A stretch of DNA of 64,000 bases, taken from contig DAHWNL010000039.1 in NCBI GenBank assembly GCA_027339965.1, positions 1 to 64,000 of the forward strand, written 5' to 3'. The DNA is from Granulicella sp. (lineage in GTDB: Bacteria; Acidobacteriota; Terriglobia; Terriglobales; Acidobacteriaceae). Below the pieces are notes generated by a model that worked only from the letters and a program-made list of their open reading frames with translations, was not told the origin of the DNA and ran no database searches. The position numbers and the translations under genes were made by a program. This document shows positions 1 through 8,495 of this stretch, one piece after another (the first letter of the stretch is position 1; each line of letters opens with the position of its first letter).

Positions 1-147
1 TGATGGCCGTGCCCGGGCAGTAGTGTGCCCGAAGTACGGAAAACTACACTTGTTCAGAGCGCCAACGCCCAATACCCTAGCAACTCGACCCAAAATTCGA
101 CTCAGATTAAGAAATATCAACCCAGCCGATACTTGATCAGAGTCGCC

Positions 148-265
148 CTAAAGCATTTTTAGTGCAGGTGTAACGCGACGTCTCGACCTCTATGGGCGTT
201 TTCCCCAATGAAAACGCCACTCCAAGCCCTCTTCGGGACACCCATCAACACTCAAAATGCTATAG
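148..265. repeat. MITE-like dispersed repeat, copy 1 (108-bp core 153-260)
   Basis: Terminal inverted repeats GCATTTTTAGTG...CACTCAAAATGC; internal hairpin GGCGTTTTC-CCCAAT-GAAAACGCC; 14 mismatches in 108 bp to the copy at 31894-32001. Confidence 0.85.
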
Positions 266-353
266 GAGCCCCATCCGTGCGAAAAGGCTTTGCAGCACCC
301 CTTCCACGGGCAATGCCTTCAGGCTCGGGATCTATGAGTTCAGGAGACCTGCG

Positions 354-1214
354 ATGAGAATCGATAGTCACCAGCATTATTGGAAGGTCAATCGCGGAGA
401 TTACCATTGGATGACTCCGTCTGTGCCCATCCTCTGCCGCGATTATCTGCCATCCGATCTGCGGCCGCTGCTTCAGCAACATGGAATCGATCGCACCATC
501 CTGGTCCAGGCCGCGCAGACAACGGACGAAACAGACTTCTTGCTTGAACTGGCTGCCGGCGAGCCAACCGTGGCGGGTGTTATCGGCTGGCTTGATCTCG
601 ACAGTCCCGGCTTCCTGCGAGAGTTTGAAAACAAAAGAAAGAACCCGTTATTTGCAGGCATCCGGCCCATGCTTCAGGACCTTGCCGACGACCGATGGAT
701 TCTGCGGCCACAGGTCATGGAATCTCTTCGCATCCTCGCCGAGGCTGATTTCCCGTTTGACTTCTGCATCTACCCCCGCCACCTTCCTTATGTCATCCAG
801 GCGCTGGAGGCTGTTCCCGGTCTACGCGGAACGATCGATCATCTCTCCAAGCCGGAGATTCGAGATCAAAAACTGCATCCCTGGAAGTCTCTCATCGCGG
901 ATGTTGCAGAGCATCGCAACGTCTTCTGCAAGCTGTCCGGCATGATCACAGAGGCAAATCACGATCACTGGTCCGTGCCTGATCTGCAACCCTATGTCGA
1001 CCACGTCATGGCCTGCTTTGGTCCTGATCGCGTCATGTTTGGCAGTGATTGGCCCGTGTGCCTGAAGGCGGGCAGTTACCACCAGGTGATTCACGCGCTG
1101 CGGGAGCTTCTCTCGCCCGCATGGATGGAAGCCGCAGAGCAGAAGATATTTGGAATCAACGCTATGCGGTTCTACAAACTCGCCGCAGAGGGCCAACCAG
1201 CCCAGATGCCATAG
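354..1214 (+). CDS. Amidohydrolase_2 family protein (L-fuconolactonase-like)
   Basis: IDSHQHYW metal-binding start, CKLSG and MFGSDWPV motifs; ATG at 354 preceded by AGGAGA. Confidence 0.88.
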   Translation: MRIDSHQHYWKVNRGDYHWMTPSVPILCRDYLPSDLRPLLQQHGIDRTILVQAAQTTDETDFLLELAAGEPTVAGVIGWLDLDSPGFLREFENKRKNPLFAGIRPMLQDLADDRWILRPQVMESLRILAEADFPFDFCIYPRHLPYVIQALEAVPGLRGTIDHLSKPEIRDQKLHPWKSLIADVAEHRNVFCKLSGMITEANHDHWSVPDLQPYVDHVMACFGPDRVMFGSDWPVCLKAGSYHQVIHALRELLSPAWMEAAEQKIFGINAMRFYKLAAEGQPAQMP

Positions 1215-1395
1215 GGGGCGACTGCCTCGGTGCCTGCGCTCCGGACCCTGCCCATTCAGCTCCGCTGGGCAAGCCTTCCGGAGGACGCATCTCTCTCGGC
1301 CCGAAAGACCCTCCGTCCGTACTGAACGTCTCTGCGGCTCAGATCTCCAAATCCGTGCTTCGTGCAGCCCATCTCCACTATGCTGGCCTTCATGC

Positions 1396-1475
1396 AGGAA
1401 GGCATGGCGAGCCTGCCATGCCTTCCTCAAACGCGCGAGCAGAGCTGTAGCTTACCCGCCCGAACCCGGGCGGGT
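1396..1475. terminator. Two strong hairpins between convergent genes (probable terminators)
   Basis: AGGAAGGCATGGC-N6-GCCATGCCTTCCT (13-bp stem) and ACCCGCCCG-N4-CGGGCGGGT followed by TT. Confidence 0.55.
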
Positions 1476-1542
1476 TTGGGGAAGGAGCCCGCAAAGGCCG
1501 TCCACAAGATGACAGCTTTCTTCAACAGATCTGGGTGCAGTT

Positions 1543-2265
1543 TCAACGCGCCATGAAGCCCGGCTTCTGCCTGGCCTTGCGGGAGACGACCAGCGCCAGA
1601 CCGAGCAGTCCGGTACCGAGCAGCAGTAATGATGTCGGTTCCGGAGTCACGGACATCTGCAGCACGGCAGGAGCGCCATTCGATTCGACGTAGACCAAGG
1701 AGAACGGATTGCTGCCGGTGGGGAGCATGGCTGTTTCGGTCATCTGACTCTGGGGTCCCGCCATCGAGATCAAGGTCGAACCGTTGACGTAGAGGCTTGA
1801 TCCATCATCCGAGGAGAGCGTGACCATCTCTCCAGAGGACCCAACGATCGTACCCGCAATCAACATGTAGGTGTTAATCGCGCTGGGTGTTGTTTCGCCC
1901 GACGAGCTCATGACCAGGTTTTCCAGAGTACTCACGCTATCGCCAGAAACCGCTGTTAGATCACTGAGATAGTTCGTGGAGCCGTTGCTGTTGAAAAAAT
2001 CTAGGAACGTGTTGTTTGAGCCAGATGAGTTTTGTCCGCTGTCGTTGACAAAGTTCAACGGCCCATCGTAAGTATAGGTTCCAATTGGGCTTATGGTTGG
2101 CTGGGAAGCCGACGTTGCAATATCCGTGACTCCGCTGCCATAGGTTCCGTTCCAGATGGTCACGTCCAACGTCCCGAAACCGTAGCTGTCGGCTTTGGCT
2201 TTGGGTACCGTAATCAGGATCATCGCTGCTGAAGCAAGAAACATCCAAAAACGAGTAGACTTCAT
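1543..2265 (-). CDS. PEP-CTERM sorting-domain surface protein with PA14-like segment
   Basis: Signal peptide (AKA-D), S/T/G/N-rich body, SDDGSSLYVNG PA14-like motif, C-terminal TPEPTSLLLLGTGLLGLALVVSRK. Confidence 0.9.
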   Translation of the reverse strand: MKSTRFWMFLASAAMILITVPKAKADSYGFGTLDVTIWNGTYGSGVTDIATSASQPTISPIGTYTYDGPLNFVNDSGQNSSGSNNTFLDFFNSNGSTNYLSDLTAVSGDSVSTLENLVMSSSGETTPSAINTYMLIAGTIVGSSGEMVTLSSDDGSSLYVNGSTLISMAGPQSQMTETAMLPTGSNPFSLVYVESNGAPAVLQMSVTPEPTSLLLLGTGLLGLALVVSRKARQKPGFMAR

Positions 2266-2870
2266 GAGATACTCTCCGTTCCGATCACACCTTCATAGTG
2301 CTGGTGAATGCCCAGAAGAAGTGCGCGGGGCCGCTTCCCTTACGTCCGGCAGGCGATTCTGCCAGGAACCCGTCCGTTGGGGAAACGCCCTCAGAGGCTG
2401 GGGCGTCGCCTTGCACCTACACTGAAGATGAGATAGCCAACTGCGGATTCTGTTGAACATAGAGCATCTCATTGACCAAATCTATGCCATTGATATAATT
2501 TAGGTTACCGCCTTGTCCGGCTTTCGATATGCAAGAATTTGCGTTTCTCTTCGAAATGAAGTTCCTAATGGACGCCTGAGGCATCCGGGGTCGCACGGAG
2601 TGATCACCTGCTCCTCACTCCAACGGAGGCCCATCAGTCAAAGCGGCGACTCAGGTTTCGCTTCCCTGACCCTTTTCTTCTAGCCAACGCACAGCGACTC
2701 AAAAGCCTGTCAAAGTCGGTGGCAAACTCCACCACAACCACGACGGGGGCGGCACAGCCATTCCGGGCCGCGACTGGAAAGTACCGGCCTTCATCTGGAG
2801 AGCGGCGCCCGGAACAACGCAGCAGACCAAAAATGGGAAAGAATCGCTCTTATTACTTGTTGATTATGAT

Positions 2871-2912
2871 TGGCGTCCCCGACGGGATTTGAACCCGTGT
2901 TACCGCCGTGAA
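2871..2912 (-). repeat. att site: duplicated 3' half of tRNA-Glu (distal copy)
   Basis: TGGCGTCCCCGACGGGATTTGAACCCGTGTTACCGCCGTGAA matches 14142-14183 with 1 mismatch. Confidence 0.92.
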
Positions 2913-3122
2913 GGTGGGTGCGATGGGTGTTTTGCAGGGTTTTGCGGGATAAGGCATAACGGGCAAATAGCCAATCAATATAGGGTGTTCGGCGATATTC
3001 CAGCTTGCAGTCGTTTGCACCCGCTTGGCAGCCAGTTAGTCGCCACAGAGTCACCAGAATTTTCCATCCGCATCTGACGCAGGTTTTCGGCTGTTATCTG
3101 CCCAGAGAATCCCCTCGCGCCT

Positions 3123-3142
3123 TATATCCATTTGGATATACT
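3123..3142 (+). promoter_or_regulatory. Palindromic operator overlapping the -10 box of the higBA operon
   Basis: TATATCCA-TT-TGGATATA perfect palindrome; TATACT lies 6 nt upstream of the ATG at 3149. Confidence 0.7.
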
Positions 3143-3148
3143 TGTTCC

Positions 3149-3475
3149 ATGAAGCCCTGCTACTTCCTCGGAGACTCACTCGAACGGTTACGGGAGTTTC
3201 CAAAGGACGTTCAGCAGGACGCCGGTTATCAATTGGAGCTGGTGCAGGCCGGGGAGTAGCCGCAGAACTTCAAGCCCATGCCGTCGATTGGCCGTGGCGT
3301 GGGAGAGATTCGGATACGGGACGACTCAGGGGCATACCGCGTCATCTATACGGCGCGTCTGGCGGATGCTGTATACGTTCTGCACACCTTCCAGAAGAAG
3401 ACACAGGCCACGCCCAGGCGCGATCTTGACCTGGCGAAGAAGAGATTCCAGCAGCTCATGGAGAAACGCAAATGA
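3149..3475 (+). pseudogene. RelE/HigB (Gp49-like) toxin interrupted by an in-frame TAG at 3257-3259
   Basis: MKPCYFLGDSLERLREFPKDVQQDAGYQLELVQAGE*PQNFKPMPSIGRGVGEIRIRDDSGAYRVIY...VLHTFQKKTQATP reads as one frame apart from the stop. Confidence 0.9.
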
Positions 3476-3753
3476 CGAAGCCGACAAAGTACGCCAGCGT
3501 ATGGGATGCGATTGCCGACACTCCCGCCGAAGCCGCCAACCTGCGAGCACGGGCAGACCTCATGCGCCAGATCGCAGGTCTCGTGAAGGAGAGCGGCTGG
3601 ACGCAAGCCGAAGCCGCCCGACAGTGCGGCATTACGCAACCGCGCATGAACGACCTTGTGCGGGGCCGCATCTCCCGCTTCTCGCTCGATGCGCTGGTGA
3701 ATATCGCCACAGCCATTGGCCGCCGGGTGCGGGTGGATATTGTGGCAGCCTGA
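3472..3753 (+). CDS. XRE-family HTH antitoxin (HigA-like)
   Basis: SVWDAIADTPAEAANLRARADLM...WTQAEAARQCGITQPRMNDLVRGRISRFSLDALV; ATGA overlap with the toxin stop. Confidence 0.92.
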   Translation: MTKPTKYASVWDAIADTPAEAANLRARADLMRQIAGLVKESGWTQAEAARQCGITQPRMNDLVRGRISRFSLDALVNIATAIGRRVRVDIVAA

Positions 3754-3829
3754 ATCCATTCTCCGCTGCGCACGCGCTGCGTCGAAGTGCATCGTACCAA
3801 TTTGTCCAACATTAGGACAAACTTCTGGC

Positions 3830-3976
3830 TCATTGCGCCCGCCTTGCGGTATTCTCTTCAGTTCCCGCCAGCCCGCACGTCAGGCACTCGTACAGGCCGC
3901 GATTGCTCTCCCGGTAAAGCGCATAGCTGGCGCAGCGCTGGCAGTGGGGAGATGCCGTCACCAGCCTGCTATTCAC
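3830..3976 (-). CDS. 48-aa zinc-ribbon microprotein (below the ORF-track cutoff)
   Basis: GTG start; MNSRLVTASPHCQRCASYALYRESNRGLYECLTCGLAGTEENTARRAQ contains CxxC-x15-CxxC. Confidence 0.5.
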   Translation of the reverse strand: MNSRLVTASPHCQRCASYALYRESNRGLYECLTCGLAGTEENTARRAQ

Positions 3977-4027
3977 AAACCAGCGCGTCGGCCTCACGCC
4001 ACGGCTTGATGATCTGTGTCACATTCA

Positions 4028-4162
4028 TCATCCGACCATCTCCACGCGCACCCGTTCGGCAAGACGATCGAAGCCGCAGCGCATGTCGGTCGCTTCCACG
4101 GCCAGCCAAATGCGCGGCCCCTGTGCCCGATCCAGCGCACGCAAACTGGGCAGCCCGATCAT
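4028..4162 (-). pseudogene. IS66 accessory protein TnpB (orfB), N-terminal fragment
   Basis: MIGLPSLRALDRAQGPRIWLAVEATDMRCGFDRLAERV has the DMRxGFDxL signature; ATGA-coupled to tnpA; stops at 44 aa. Confidence 0.82.
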
Positions 4163-4503
4163 GCTTCACCCTCCCCCAGCCCCTCCAACACCGCCAGTAA
4201 CGCACGCAGATGGGCTGCGTCGAAGCCAGGCTCCACTACCAGACTTCTTCCCCCCGCCAGCCGGATTTCAATCGCCTTGCTCGGCGCCACTGGCGGCAGT
4301 TGGGTCGCTCGTTTAGCAGTCCTTACTTCCACGGCGACAAACTGCCCCGCTTCCACCTGCCGCAAGCAACTCTTCCACTCATAGAACTCCCAGTTGCGAA
4401 GACCCCGCTCACGACAGAACACCACTACACTCTGGCCGCTCGCCATCTGCTCCGCAACCAACTCTCGCCACTTCGCTCGATCTTCCCTCTCGCGCTCTCT
4501 CAT
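4159..4503 (-). CDS. IS66 accessory protein TnpA (orfA)
   Basis: WRELVAEQMASGQSVVVFCRERGL...IEIRLAGGRSLVVEPGFDAAHLRALLAVLE; GGGAGG RBS before the ATG at 4503. Confidence 0.85.
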   Translation of the reverse strand: MREREREDRAKWRELVAEQMASGQSVVVFCRERGLRNWEFYEWKSCLRQVEAGQFVAVEVRTAKRATQLPPVAPSKAIEIRLAGGRSLVVEPGFDAAHLRALLAVLEGLGEGEA

Positions 4504-4709
4504 CCTCCCAGCCTGACGCTTCGCGTCCCGCTGCACAAGATGGGGTTCAGATAGCGCTCACGACACACCGGACACCGCTTTCGCCGACGCCACCAGCCGA
4601 TGCGCATTATCGAGGCACGCTCTGAGCAGGGGCTCCACGTCTTCTAATTTCGCCATGCCTAAATTGTAGGCATCGAGACACCGTGGGAGGATCTCGATAC
4701 TTTGCAATC

Positions 4710-5315
4710 TCAGCTTTCATCCAGGAAGGCATCGAGCAATCGCCGGAAGACGGTTGCAGTTGGTTTCCAATCAACTTGCATCGCCTTGGCGCCGGCCTCT
4801 CCGTAACCGAAATTCGGACGGGGTCGCAAACGGATGAACGGCGGCAGTCCGTAGCGCATTGCGATGAAGTTGGCCCATAGACGCGCCGTGCGTCCATTCC
4901 CGTTCGCAAACGGATGGATGCGTACCCACTCGGCATGAACCCAGGCACAAAGATCGACGACGGCGGCAAGCTGATCGGCATCTGGTTCCTGACCGATGGG
5001 CAGCATAGCGTCCAATTCCCGGAGAAGCGCGTGGAGCTTTCTTTCAAATCCCGCCAACTCTTCAGCAACCTCGGCCGCGCCCACTCCGTAATGGACGCCG
5101 ACGCGCACCTGGATCTTTTCGAGGCCCGGTTCACCGCGGAAGGCGCCAACCAAGCGTCCGTCGGGAACTGTGAGGTCTTTCATGAGCAAAGATTGCCAGT
5201 GCTTCGCCGAAGCGAGAGTCGGGAATTCCCGCCGCTGCGCGGAGCGAATAATTTCATCGAGGACCTTGCCGAGGTTCCGGCGCAGCTCGGGGCTGTCCTC
5301 GTCCCAGCTAGGCAC
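4710..5315 (-). CDS. Fic/Doc family protein (putative AMPylating toxin)
   Basis: Intact RIHPFANGNGRTAR catalytic motif and upstream GAFR motif; overlaps the upstream gene by 8 bp. Confidence 0.92.
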   Translation of the reverse strand: MPSWDEDSPELRRNLGKVLDEIIRSAQRREFPTLASAKHWQSLLMKDLTVPDGRLVGAFRGEPGLEKIQVRVGVHYGVGAAEVAEELAGFERKLHALLRELDAMLPIGQEPDADQLAAVVDLCAWVHAEWVRIHPFANGNGRTARLWANFIAMRYGLPPFIRLRPRPNFGYGEAGAKAMQVDWKPTATVFRRLLDAFLDES

Positions 5316-5658
5316 CTAAAATGTCCCGGATCTTGCTCTGAGCAGGCCCGATGGGTTCGACCCCGCCATTTACGAGCTGCCCCTCGACCGGCTCACCTTC
5401 GAGCGGATCGTCTACAATCGCTTCAGCTTCGGCGAATGCCTTGCGGGCTCGGCGGAACTGAGGATCGCGCTCCCGGTAAGCTCGCAACCGCTCAAGATTG
5501 GCTTCCAGGCTGCGTTCCTTCGGCCTGCGGCGGAGCAGGAAGTTCCTGACTGCTTCGTTGAGCAGTTGATTGACCGGGCGCCGCTCCACCTTGCTAAGGT
5601 TTTCGAGGGCGGCGCGTTCTTCCTCGTCGATTCTCAACGTGAATGCGACTCGGGCCAT
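5308..5658 (-). CDS. Ribbon-helix-helix protein, putative Fic antitoxin/autorepressor
   Basis: VAFTLRIDEEERAALENLSKVERRPVNQLLNEAVRNFL fits an RHH pattern; acidic C-terminus; translationally coupled to fic. Confidence 0.78.
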   Translation of the reverse strand: MARVAFTLRIDEEERAALENLSKVERRPVNQLLNEAVRNFLLRRRPKERSLEANLERLRAYRERDPQFRRARKAFAEAEAIVDDPLEGEPVEGQLVNGGVEPIGPAQSKIRDILGA

Positions 5659-5664
5659 AATTCA

Positions 5665-5711
5665 ACACTACTCCTGACGAAAGGTGACGTCAATATGGCA
5701 TTTTGATATCA
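5665..5711 (-). promoter_or_regulatory. Sigma70-type promoter with two 8-bp palindromic operator boxes
   Basis: Minus strand TTGACG-N17-TAGTGT-N6-ATG; TGACGTCA (5685-5692) and TGATATCA (5704-5711). Confidence 0.62.
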
Positions 5712-5889
5712 TCCGTCGGATGCCGTTCTCCTGATCGGAGGCGACCAATGCGGCCAGAGCGACATTATGTTTCCACTGCGGAAGGCCGGCCTCGTTTTCA
5801 ATAACCGATTCGGTTTGGAAGGCGGCAACCCAATTCGAAACTCTCAGCAGGTCCTTGGACACTCGCCAGCGTTTTCGTTACGAACCGGC

Positions 5890-6034
5890 TTTCGAACCGT
5901 ACCGCCTCCCCTGCCACCCTCCACAACGCTTCCGGCAGCGGCGATCGCCCGTGATGTCCACTCCGCCATCGCTCCAGCTTTCGTTGAACCTGCCGCAACC
6001 TGGCTGGAATCTCGACCCCCACATCCTTGGTCAT
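5890..6034 (-). pseudogene. IS66-related accessory (TnpA-like) gene fragment
   Basis: LRQVQRKLERWRSGHHGRSPLPEALWRVAGE resembles the N-terminus of IS66-like accessory proteins; similarity ends abruptly. Confidence 0.5.
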
Positions 6035-6099
6035 GTCGGTTCTCCTCGCCCTTGTCGGGCTCTCCTTCGACACGACCAATCCCCCCTACCACGTCACGC

Positions 6100-6721
6100 A
6101 GCCTTGCCGAAAAGACGCTGAACATCGAGCAGATCAAGTCGCTGCTTGAACACATCAAGGAGCCGGGCAAGACCGCCGTGCTTCTCGACATTCTCACCGG
6201 GCTGCGCGTGAGCGAGCTGCTGGCGCTGAAATGGTCGGACGTGGATTTCAAGAACCTCGAACTGCACGTCACCCGTTCCATTTCTCTTCAGCGCGTCGGC
6301 CCCTACAAGACAGAGGCATCGCAGAAGCCCGTCCCGCTCGATCCAGAGCTGGCGGAGGCTCTGCTCTTGTGGCGCAGACGGTCGCCGTACCCGATGGGCG
6401 ACGACTGGATCCTCGCCAGTCCGGCCAGCAAGGGCGAGCTTCCGTACTGGTCCTACTCCCCTTTTCCGGGTGTACATCCGTCCGGCCCTCAAGGCGGCGG
6501 GGATGAATGGAAAAGTAGGGTGGCATACCTTCCGCCATTCGTTGGCGACGATTCTCAAATCGCACGGGGAGGACGTGAAGACGGTGCAGGAGCTGCTGCG
6601 GCATGCCAACAGCAGTGTAACCATGAACCTCTATGCGCAAGCGGCAACGGACATCCAGCGCAGCGCGCAGAGCAAGGTGGCGAGGCTGGTATTTGAGCAG
6701 AAAAGGGGGAATTCGGAATGA
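6100..6721 (+). pseudogene. Tyrosine integrase catalytic-domain remnant (5' truncated, frameshift near 6460)
   Basis: TGLRVSELLALKWSDVDF and KTEAS in one frame; WHTFRHS, QELLRHAN and NLY in the +1 frame; ends 70 bp from the att at 6791. Confidence 0.9.
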
Positions 6722-6790
6722 GCGCCGTCTTATTGGACGTTATCGGACGGCAATCAAATTGGAGATTTTCTTGTAAGCCTTTTATTTCGT

Positions 6791-6838
6791 TGGCGTCCCC
6801 GACGGGATTCGAACCGGTGTTACCGTCGTGAAAGGGCG
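6791..6838 (-). repeat. att site: duplicated 3' part of tRNA-Glu (middle copy)
   Basis: 48 bp matching 14142-14189 with 2 mismatches. Confidence 0.93.
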
Positions 6839-6925
6839 TTTTAGGCCACTTTTGCACAGTTTGCAAGGGCTGCGCAAAACTTGCCTTCCGCCAGTATTCA
6901 TGAGGGTTCTAGGCACATTCGACGC

Positions 6926-6987
6926 TTGGCACGGTTTGGCGCGTTTTGGCTCTGTTTAGTCACCGCTTAGTCACCGTAGCGTCACCG
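6926..6987. promoter_or_regulatory. Putative Xis sites and integrase arm-type sites
   Basis: TTGGC x3 at 10-bp period, then GTCACC x3 at 11-bp period (6959, 6970, 6981); GTCACC x2 with 11-bp spacing recurs at the other end (14078, 14089). Confidence 0.7.
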
Positions 6988-7033
6988 CTTTTTGCTACAA
7001 GAATGGTGCAGTTTTCGGGGCGCTGTATTTGCC

Positions 7034-7106
7034 CTGTGCGCGTCCTAGCCATTCTCGGCCACAGGAAACCATCATCGGGGCGCTGTCGGCGCGTTCTAGG
7101 GCAATT
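7034..7106. repeat. ~72-bp imperfect-palindrome repeat, copy 1
   Basis: CTGTGCGCGTCC-N18-GGAAACCATCATC-N11-GGCGCGT-N3-AGGGCAATT; homologous to 8493-8564. Confidence 0.7.
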
Positions 7107-7159
7107 CCGGAGGGAGTCGCTCGCACCGGCGTTGAACAGCGCGCTGGCTTGGCCGCTAG

Positions 7160-7990
7160 CTATTCCACGGCGACTACCTTCAGGGGCAGGATTGCTGAAT
7201 CTCCCGTCATGCCGCCGCGAAACTTCAGCCGTAGGGTGTCGAGCCTTAAGGCTTGAGGTACATCGAAAACAACTAGGCCAGTTTTGGTGAGGCCGGGATT
7301 TATCTGCTCCAAGAAAAGATTGTCACTCGTTGCAACATCCAGGCCCTTCTCGGACGCGGAATACACGTTGCCACTAGAATCCAAAATCTCGAAAAGGCCC
7401 GTGTCCATGGTTATTGCTGTATTCTGTCGGTTTGAGACTGAGACCCTGACAATGATGAACCTGCCGTCCGCCTTGATCAATTCGTCAAACGCGCCAGGAA
7501 GGAATGGCCCAGCGTCGCGTACGCCCAGAACAGCCACGCCAACATCGCTTGCGATTGTTCCGTAGTAAGTGACGTCTCCACTCGTAACTGAGAAGGCTCT
7601 AGTCGGTGTCTCTGGCGCGGCGGCGGAATCGTTTGGCGTCGGTTGTGCTGGTTCAGCAGTCGTTGCGGTCGGCCTAGTCGGTGTCTCTGGCGCGGCGGCG
7701 GAATCGTTTGGTGTCGCTTGTGCTGGTTCAGCGGTCGTTGCGGTCGGCGTGGAGGCTGGTATACCAGCCTCAGCAACGATGAATGCCCAAATTGCGCCGA
7801 TAATGCCAAGGAGGAGTAAAACTAAAAAAGGGAGAATAACGTTTCTCGCGGTCACCGTGCTCCGAGGAGGAGGCGCACCCGTCCCTACCGGCGGATTCGG
7901 AATTGCCACGGCGGACAGGGGTGCCCCGCAATTCCCGCAAAACCGCGTGCCTTCTTCGTTGCGAGAGCTACATCGGGTACAAATCGGCAT
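7160..7990 (-). CDS. Zinc-ribbon + single TM + DUF4352-like (Ig-like) membrane protein
   Basis: CTRC...FCGNCG at the N-terminus, hydrophobic helix, P/T/A linker, KADGRFIIVRVSVSN...INPGLTKTGLVVFDVP. Confidence 0.82.
   Translation of the reverse strand: MPICTRCSSRNEEGTRFCGNCGAPLSAVAIPNPPVGTGAPPPRSTVTARNVILPFLVLLLLGIIGAIWAFIVAEAGIPASTPTATTAEPAQATPNDSAAAPETPTRPTATTAEPAQPTPNDSAAAPETPTRAFSVTSGDVTYYGTIASDVGVAVLGVRDAGPFLPGAFDELIKADGRFIIVRVSVSNRQNTAITMDTGLFEILDSSGNVYSASEKGLDVATSDNLFLEQINPGLTKTGLVVFDVPQALRLDTLRLKFRGGMTGDSAILPLKVVAVE
7599..7748. repeat. 75-bp in-frame tandem duplication (2 copies)
   Basis: Encodes PTATTAEPAQ(A/P)TPNDSAAAPETPTR twice. Confidence 0.95.
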
Positions 7991-8021
7991 CTCAGTGCTC
8001 CGAGAGTTTGCGAAGACCAGT

Positions 8022-8306
8022 CTACACCCGAACGCCTCGCCCGCACTTGGCTTCAGACCTCAGCTTCAGTCGCCCCCGATGGCTTTGGGGTGCCCCGAGC
8101 CTCCCCCCCGCATCAGCAACGATTTTTCGCTGGTCTTCTAGTTCAGCAAGGCGCTCATCGATTCCCGCTTTCGTGAAGTCCTCTGTGCGGCGGAGTCCGG
8201 CGATGCGTTCCTTGTCCGCACCATATTCCGTTTGCACTCGAATCGTGGCCGTCAGTTCCTCATCGGTGTATTCTTTTCAGCTGGGCCTTATTTTCACTCC
8301 CATCAT
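8022..8306 (-). pseudogene. Hypothetical helical protein with in-frame TGA at 8277-8279
   Basis: MMGVKIRPS*KEYTDEELTATIRVQTEYGADKERIAGLRRTEDFTKAGIDERLAELEDQRKIV reads through in one frame. Confidence 0.4.
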
Positions 8307-8336
8307 GGCCAGCAGTTCACTATCTTGCGGAGACCT

Positions 8337-8495
8337 TCAGCGCAGCCCGGCCTGGTCGCGCGCCTGTCCTTTGTCCCGTTCAGGAAATATTACCTGAACG
8401 GGAGAGCCTGTACCTTTCTTCAATGTGGCAAGCTGCCGTTTCTTGGCCTCTTCGGCCAGCATCGGCTTCATATTGGCGGCGATCATGGCCCGCTG
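8337..8495 (-). pseudogene. Internal fragment of a phage ParB-like/HTH protein
   Basis: QRAMIAANMKPMLAEEAKKRQLATLKKG...FPERDKGQARDQA resembles the segment after the ParB domain in phage proteins; both ends missing. Confidence 0.55.

Larger units (their letters stand above)
4028..4561 (-). mobile_element. Truncated IS66 (left end + tnpA + partial tnpB; no tnpC)
   Basis: Minus strand begins GTGAGCG at 4561, resembling the IS66 GTAAGCG terminal repeat. Confidence 0.7.
2871..6838. mobile_element. Degenerate integrated element B (composite island between two tRNA-Glu att copies)
   Basis: Bounded by att repeats at 2871 and 6791; integrase remnant next to the tRNA-proximal att; TA modules and IS66 fragments inside. 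Confidence 0.8.

Noticed and set aside
5767..6696. 309-aa ORF as an intact integrase
   Set aside because: Its N-terminal third is antisense IS-derived sequence and the HxxR/Y motifs lie in another frame
2871..6838. Additional tRNA-Glu genes at 2871 and 6791
   Set aside because: Only the 3' 42-48 nt are present; no D arm or 5' acceptor strand, so they are att remnants
7599..7748. CRISPR-like repeat
   Set aside because: Two adjacent 75-bp in-frame units with no spacers and no cas genes
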